64,000 bases of DNA from Andalucia godoyi And28 (lineage: Eukaryota; Protista; Jakobida): the NCBI GenBank assembly GCA_009859145.1, contig VRVR01000006.1, positions 338,596-402,595 of the forward strand, given 5' to 3'. Shown piece by piece: positions 62,401 through 64,000 of the stretch. The notes below the pieces were generated by a model that worked only from the letters and a program-made list of their open reading frames with translations, was not told the origin of the DNA and searched no databases. The translations under genes were made by a program, and so were the position numbers. Every line of letters begins with the position of its first letter. Position 1 is the stretch's first letter.

Positions 62401-62897
62401 CCAGGCGAGCTAAACTCAAATTCTGGCCATTCAGACGACGGTTTCAAAATGTCCACGTGACGCATGTGGAGCATTGAGCTGTACAAGAATCCCTTGGAGA
62501 GAGGCAGAATCGAAGTGCAAAATCGCGTTCTTGACGACTCTGCGATCGCAAGCGGCGATACGCAATGGACTGAAACTTGCAGAGTCCTGGCGTCGATTGC
62601 CAAAAACCACAAATCATGACTGGTAGCAAGCAGCACTTGAAACGGCAATGTTGCATACCCTGCATCTGGTACTTGTTGCATGCACGACCTCAAGATTGCG
62701 CTTCCGGCATCCACGGACTCCAGAGAAACAAGAGAGTATCGCGCAGACAAGTATCCGACGTGAAGCTCGGATCGTGTGGTCCATGCAAACAGAGGTTCTT
62801 GCCGAGGACTCGTCGCGGGGTCAACGCACAAATTGACACACCAAGTCACAGCAGGAGAAGAATGCACTCTCAACAACGCAGGCCGCAGAATTGTCAT
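59421..62897 (-). CDS. Divergent DDB1/RSE1(SF3B3)/CPSF1/MMS1-family triple beta-propeller protein
   Basis: 1158 aa; PPVVDF, ILVSFVSDSVLL, HVLVGLRNG, FNVGE and GAITMSITGSI correspond to family motifs. Confidence 0.7.
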   Translation of the reverse strand: MTILRPALLRVHSSPAVTWCVNLCVDPATSPRQEPLFAWTTRSELHVGYLSARYSLVSLESVDAGSAILRSCMQQVPDAGYATLPFQVLLATSHDLWFLAIDARTLQVSVHCVSPLAIAESSRTRFCTSILPLSKGFLYSSMLHMRHVDILKPSSEWPEFEFSSPGAGLASATDLFSPSRCIHTMQRIPNVELYASEGSDCVCAVTTLIGPHIGIPVVSLDVMMYLPADSSLMPFSSVPFPSVRKEDNATFPRFLFPLRSISNYLLSFSSTVLYLVCIQDPCVIQAALHLDCGVLEECFPFECYLDAPLSYTSYAPTENAIVESFVLLYADGKIVEVTVGTVPGNSVPQLQPRRRIDLNCKNFSFGCRVSAMTDTMMVFDRFSNSVALSSLNPSVHPVASITTFSIVSESGSCPPVVDFAVSGEAILRQNASPKYLSIVPGAERLTSLSKAFCALELSRSLPEFQLCSGVFCSAASEGDVFILVSFVSDSVLLRLSGDVMSDTGNVLIRKEVASISFCAMKTYCVQVFRSGFSVAFFSGQRFEFDDLNYAFQHSCVLGNSVLLSCAKHPRQLFYCSLPSVPSSTVFFSLAACLETDAEISCMHSYLSKKHGRNFGVVCTYSGRVLLLEFSRVSANVQVIAEGVCPVPVADTERDDALISFIPHSAQLFDGAESVHVLVGLRNGAVVELSLDQSSTHLSVVHTSVLGSDPVSLFVADYTTGRCFAYCGAFWIGHLFDDRVFFSSLLIPSLGSSPSLLPFSGYCGHSADTVLSLVNESGELLLLSVDQSLHLTKEESDICFDGMLRRLLPFPGGAMILSSYNDASNSTVFYLRTDPSASWQRLETCEGRLLAFSDPPVRIGDSACFVFSFLLQVETNDFKLKTRSINLGDGIVRPLVQYDSVVRVDGFCCVSLGEEAFILFSTDDGIFGMSVASSGSDDGGGNNMGDGGSSKFRVSPPTIEVELMRSSGSTVAISSRFAGTSVLQLAKSSLPGIPIQAKTVANFKRMSVPLDMVFLDSARWLLHTDKLGSIRASPIAGDAESEYFNVGEACGRMRKIDIDCLGTLRSGAITMSITGSIFVLLFLNDDEMDVVQRLNSSARDPAKQYIPPLSRPSADLSALRFRRSRAVLAQMAAENEKYVTVSKTLQQLFCTLTGEQPFS

Positions 62898-63300
62898 AGC
62901 TCACTGCTATCCACACCCTCCAAAAATATCAAAAAACAATAATATTATAATAATGAATATATTTGAAATCCAAAAAGATAAGTGATTTTTTTAAAAATTA
63001 ATAATGAACAAAGAAAAAACAAAAAACCAACAAAAATAAAAGACACGAGAAAAGCACGGACTCGAGCAGCCTCAAAGATGCGCTTCCCGCCATTTTTCTC
63101 TCTCTCTCTACTCCCCACAGCCTCCTCCCATTTCATTCATTTCATTTATTATTTTCAGGACTTGCTTTTGACACTTGCCCTATGTGTAATATTGTTTTTA
63201 TATTTGGTTATGATATATGTAATTTTTCTTCTTCTTCCTCCTTTTGAAAAGACTCATTCATTTATTTTCGGTGTTGTTGTGCGAACTGCAAGAGACAAAG

Positions 63301-64000
63301 ATGGATGCGTTTCAAGCTGCTAATGCGCGACTAGCCAGCAGTTGCGCAACGTTCCAAAAGGCGGCCGAGTCGTTGCATTTTTCAGCGGTCGAGAGCAGCC
63401 ATGTGCTGAAACGAATTCCAGTGCAGCACAAGCGTTCGTTGATCCCGGAATCTACGCTTGCCGGGATCCGAGAGAGCATATCGTCGAGTGCAAAGACCAA
63501 GTTCATGCTGATTCACGAGCGCGTGTCACAGGGACTGGTGGAGTTGCAATCGGAAATTGAGACGTTGGAGCGCAAACGGAGAAGGATGAGCGATGATGTG
63601 CGGGTGGAAGTTACTCGATTTGTGGAAGACAGGAACGCATCTCTTGCGTCGCAAATTCATGCATCCATGGAACGGCAGCGCGATTTGCGAAGTGCGCTCA
63701 ACGAGCTTGAAGCAGAACTGCATCATTTGAGGCAGTTTATTCTTCCGGACTGGAGACAAAAGCTGGAAGAAGCTCCTGGCCCCGTTCAGCAACGCAAGGC
63801 CGCGCTCGATGGCCGAAGAAATCAAGTCAACCAACTCAAAGAACGATCCGTCGCCTTGGATCACGATGTGGCTGCAATCCAAAAGGAGATTGAAGATCGC
63901 AAAGCGGCACTGCGGCAGAAAGTCGAAGTCCGCAAGCAAGTTGTCTTGTCGACGCAGCAAAAGCTCGACTCTTCTCGACAACAGGCAGACATTCTGCGTC
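63301..64000 (+). CDS. Coiled-coil protein, runs off the window end (N-terminus possibly Spc19-like)
   Basis: Hand translation from ATG 63301: MDAFQAANARLASSCATFQKAAESL...SLIPESTL...ELQSEIETLERK..., with no stop up to 64000. Absent from the ORF track. Confidence 0.75.
   Translation, partial: MDAFQAANARLASSCATFQKAAESLHFSAVESSHVLKRIPVQHKRSLIPESTLAGIRESISSSAKTKFMLIHERVSQGLVELQSEIETLERKRRRMSDDVRVEVTRFVEDRNASLASQIHASMERQRDLRSALNELEAELHHLRQFILPDWRQKLEEAPGPVQQRKAALDGRRNQVNQLKERSVALDHDVAAIQKEIEDRKAALRQKVEVRKQVVLSTQQKLDSSRQQADILR

Noticed and set aside
1-64000. CRISPR array, tRNA, rRNA, snRNA or telomeric array
   Set aside because: No regularly spaced direct repeats, cloverleaf, recognisable snRNA/rRNA motifs or telomere tracts were seen by eye; tRNAscan and Infernal were not run.

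Overview
Gene-dense, intron-poor eukaryotic (protist-like) nuclear DNA in the standard genetic code; the organism cannot be identified from the sequence. There are about 29 intact or likely protein-coding genes: 2 MFS transporters, an Hv1 proton channel, DUF1796, an NSUN m5C methyltransferase, a UBL-kelch protein, VPS11, POP1, AP-1 gamma and sigma, PDK1, TAF5, FIP1, two TALE homeobox genes, RPL21, an F-box/LRR protein, an RBR E3 ligase, DEGS, CWC24/RNF113, an Acg-type nitroreductase, a STIL-like protein, a DDB1-family protein and others. There is also one frameshifted TrxB-like gene, and three GT-AG introns could be placed by hand. Main result: most of the longer intergenic gaps hold decayed relics of OMEGA-type elements. 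Six relics belong to an IS607/Fanzor2 family, one of them with a serine-recombinase TnpA remnant, and six belong to a Fanzor1-like family. No intact Fanzor ORF is present. The 3' ends, where the omegaRNA would lie, are preferentially kept and show conserved hairpins with compensatory changes followed by different flanks. Second highlight: a divergently oriented PBX-class plus MEINOX-class TALE homeobox pair about 3.5 kb apart, reminiscent of heterodimer or mating-type loci. All family assignments come from motif recognition by eye; no database search or folding program was run.
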